A DNA stretch of 64,000 bases, taken from Octopus sinensis (taxonomy: Eukaryota). The stretch covers positions 60,574,001-60,638,000 of the forward strand of contig NC_043003.1 in assembly GCF_006345805.1 (NCBI RefSeq). Direction: 5' to 3'. The position numbers and the translations under genes are program-made. Of this stretch, positions 62,951 to 64,000 are shown piece by piece. Under the pieces are notes generated by a model. It worked only from the letters and a program-made list of their open reading frames with translations, had not been told where the DNA came from and ran no database searches. Position 1 is the stretch's first letter. Every line of letters starts with the position of its first letter.

Positions 62951-64000
62951 GATAGATTGATAGATAGATAGATAGATATAGATATACATATATAAATATA
63001 TACACACAAACACACACATGCACACACATATATACATACAGATATATATGCCATTATATAATATACGTATATTAATACACATTAACATACATGAATCTCA
63101 CTTCATACACACACAAACACACACACAGTAATATATATACATATCTATTCGTGTATGATCTGTGTTTGTGTGCGCGTGCATGTGTATGTGTGTGTGTGTG
63201 TGTGATATAATCCTTGCATTATGCAACGATATTTTTTCTTTTCCATAATCTTTTTTGTTATGATACCACTGTCTGTTTAACGAACTAGTTTGAACTTTAA
63301 ATAATCGTTTATACGTTATATGCATTCTCTCTATTTTTCTCATTTTTTCGTCATTAATATTCTCAACACAAATAGAAATTTAGAAAAAGAAGAAAACTAT
63401 TTAGACCGTGAGAGACAACAAAGACGGCATTAATACAAGTATTTTTATTCTCTTTCACAATTCTCTTACGGAAAAAACATCAGTGCTTGTACTGAGTCAG
63501 CCCCATCGTGTAGTTCTAATATATATATATATAATATACATATATATATATATTACATGAAAAGGCCATTACATTTTCAGTTGCTTTATTTCTTTATACC
63601 TGATGGCTAAAATCTAGATGCGTGTGTGTGCACGCGCACACGCGTACAGTTTACGTAATTAGAACAACATTAAATAAAAATAGCCATGTAGTATACTTTA
63701 GGTGTGTTGACAGATAACAGGAATGATGCGGTAGGTTTTGTGTGAGAAGAAAACTTCTTCATATATATGCTGTGCTAAATCTGTATTATAATGGAGAAAG
63801 CTGCTTTTAATTAGGTATGTAACAGTTACTAAAAGAAGACAATTATTAAAAGCTTGACCGTCTGGAATTATTTTTTTATAAATTTATGTTCCAAGAAATT
63901 TCCTGTAATTTCGATTTTTGAAGGTTATTAAATATTTGAACTACAATTTTTTCACAAGTTTAAATATTTCTTGTATTCACTGCGGAGTAGATTTAATAAA

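Overview
This is AT-rich, microsatellite-saturated eukaryotic DNA. Its repeat repertoire (several tRNA-derived CORE-type SINE families, RTE LINEs, mariners and Penelope-like remnants) looks like an octopus/coleoid cephalopod intron or intergenic region; that assignment is inferred from repeat content only. I can identify no host gene with confidence. Almost all ORFs in the supplied track are microsatellite or SINE translation artefacts, and only weak exon candidates exist (best: 41195-41311 +). Solid features: two 5'-truncated RTE insertions (a BovB-like copy with an intact ORF end and a perfect 15-bp TSD; a second flanked by a 106-bp direct repeat), a decayed full-length mariner plus two mariner fragments, several MITE/foldback elements, about 30 SINE copies or fragments, and a Penelope GIY-YIG relic. 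The most interesting layer is a set of hammerhead-ribozyme-like motifs (20706, 35287, 36073, 55111). These occur with Penelope-type inverted duplications (23.3, 36.05, 42.2-43.1, 54.3 kb) and a circularly permuted hammerhead-core motif kept at near-constant spacing in three diverged elements. Long palindromes (4.3, 18.8, 54.3 kb) would form long dsRNA if transcribed. There is no rRNA, true tRNA gene or CRISPR array. All coordinates and identities were read by eye; SINE and microsatellite boundaries are approximate.
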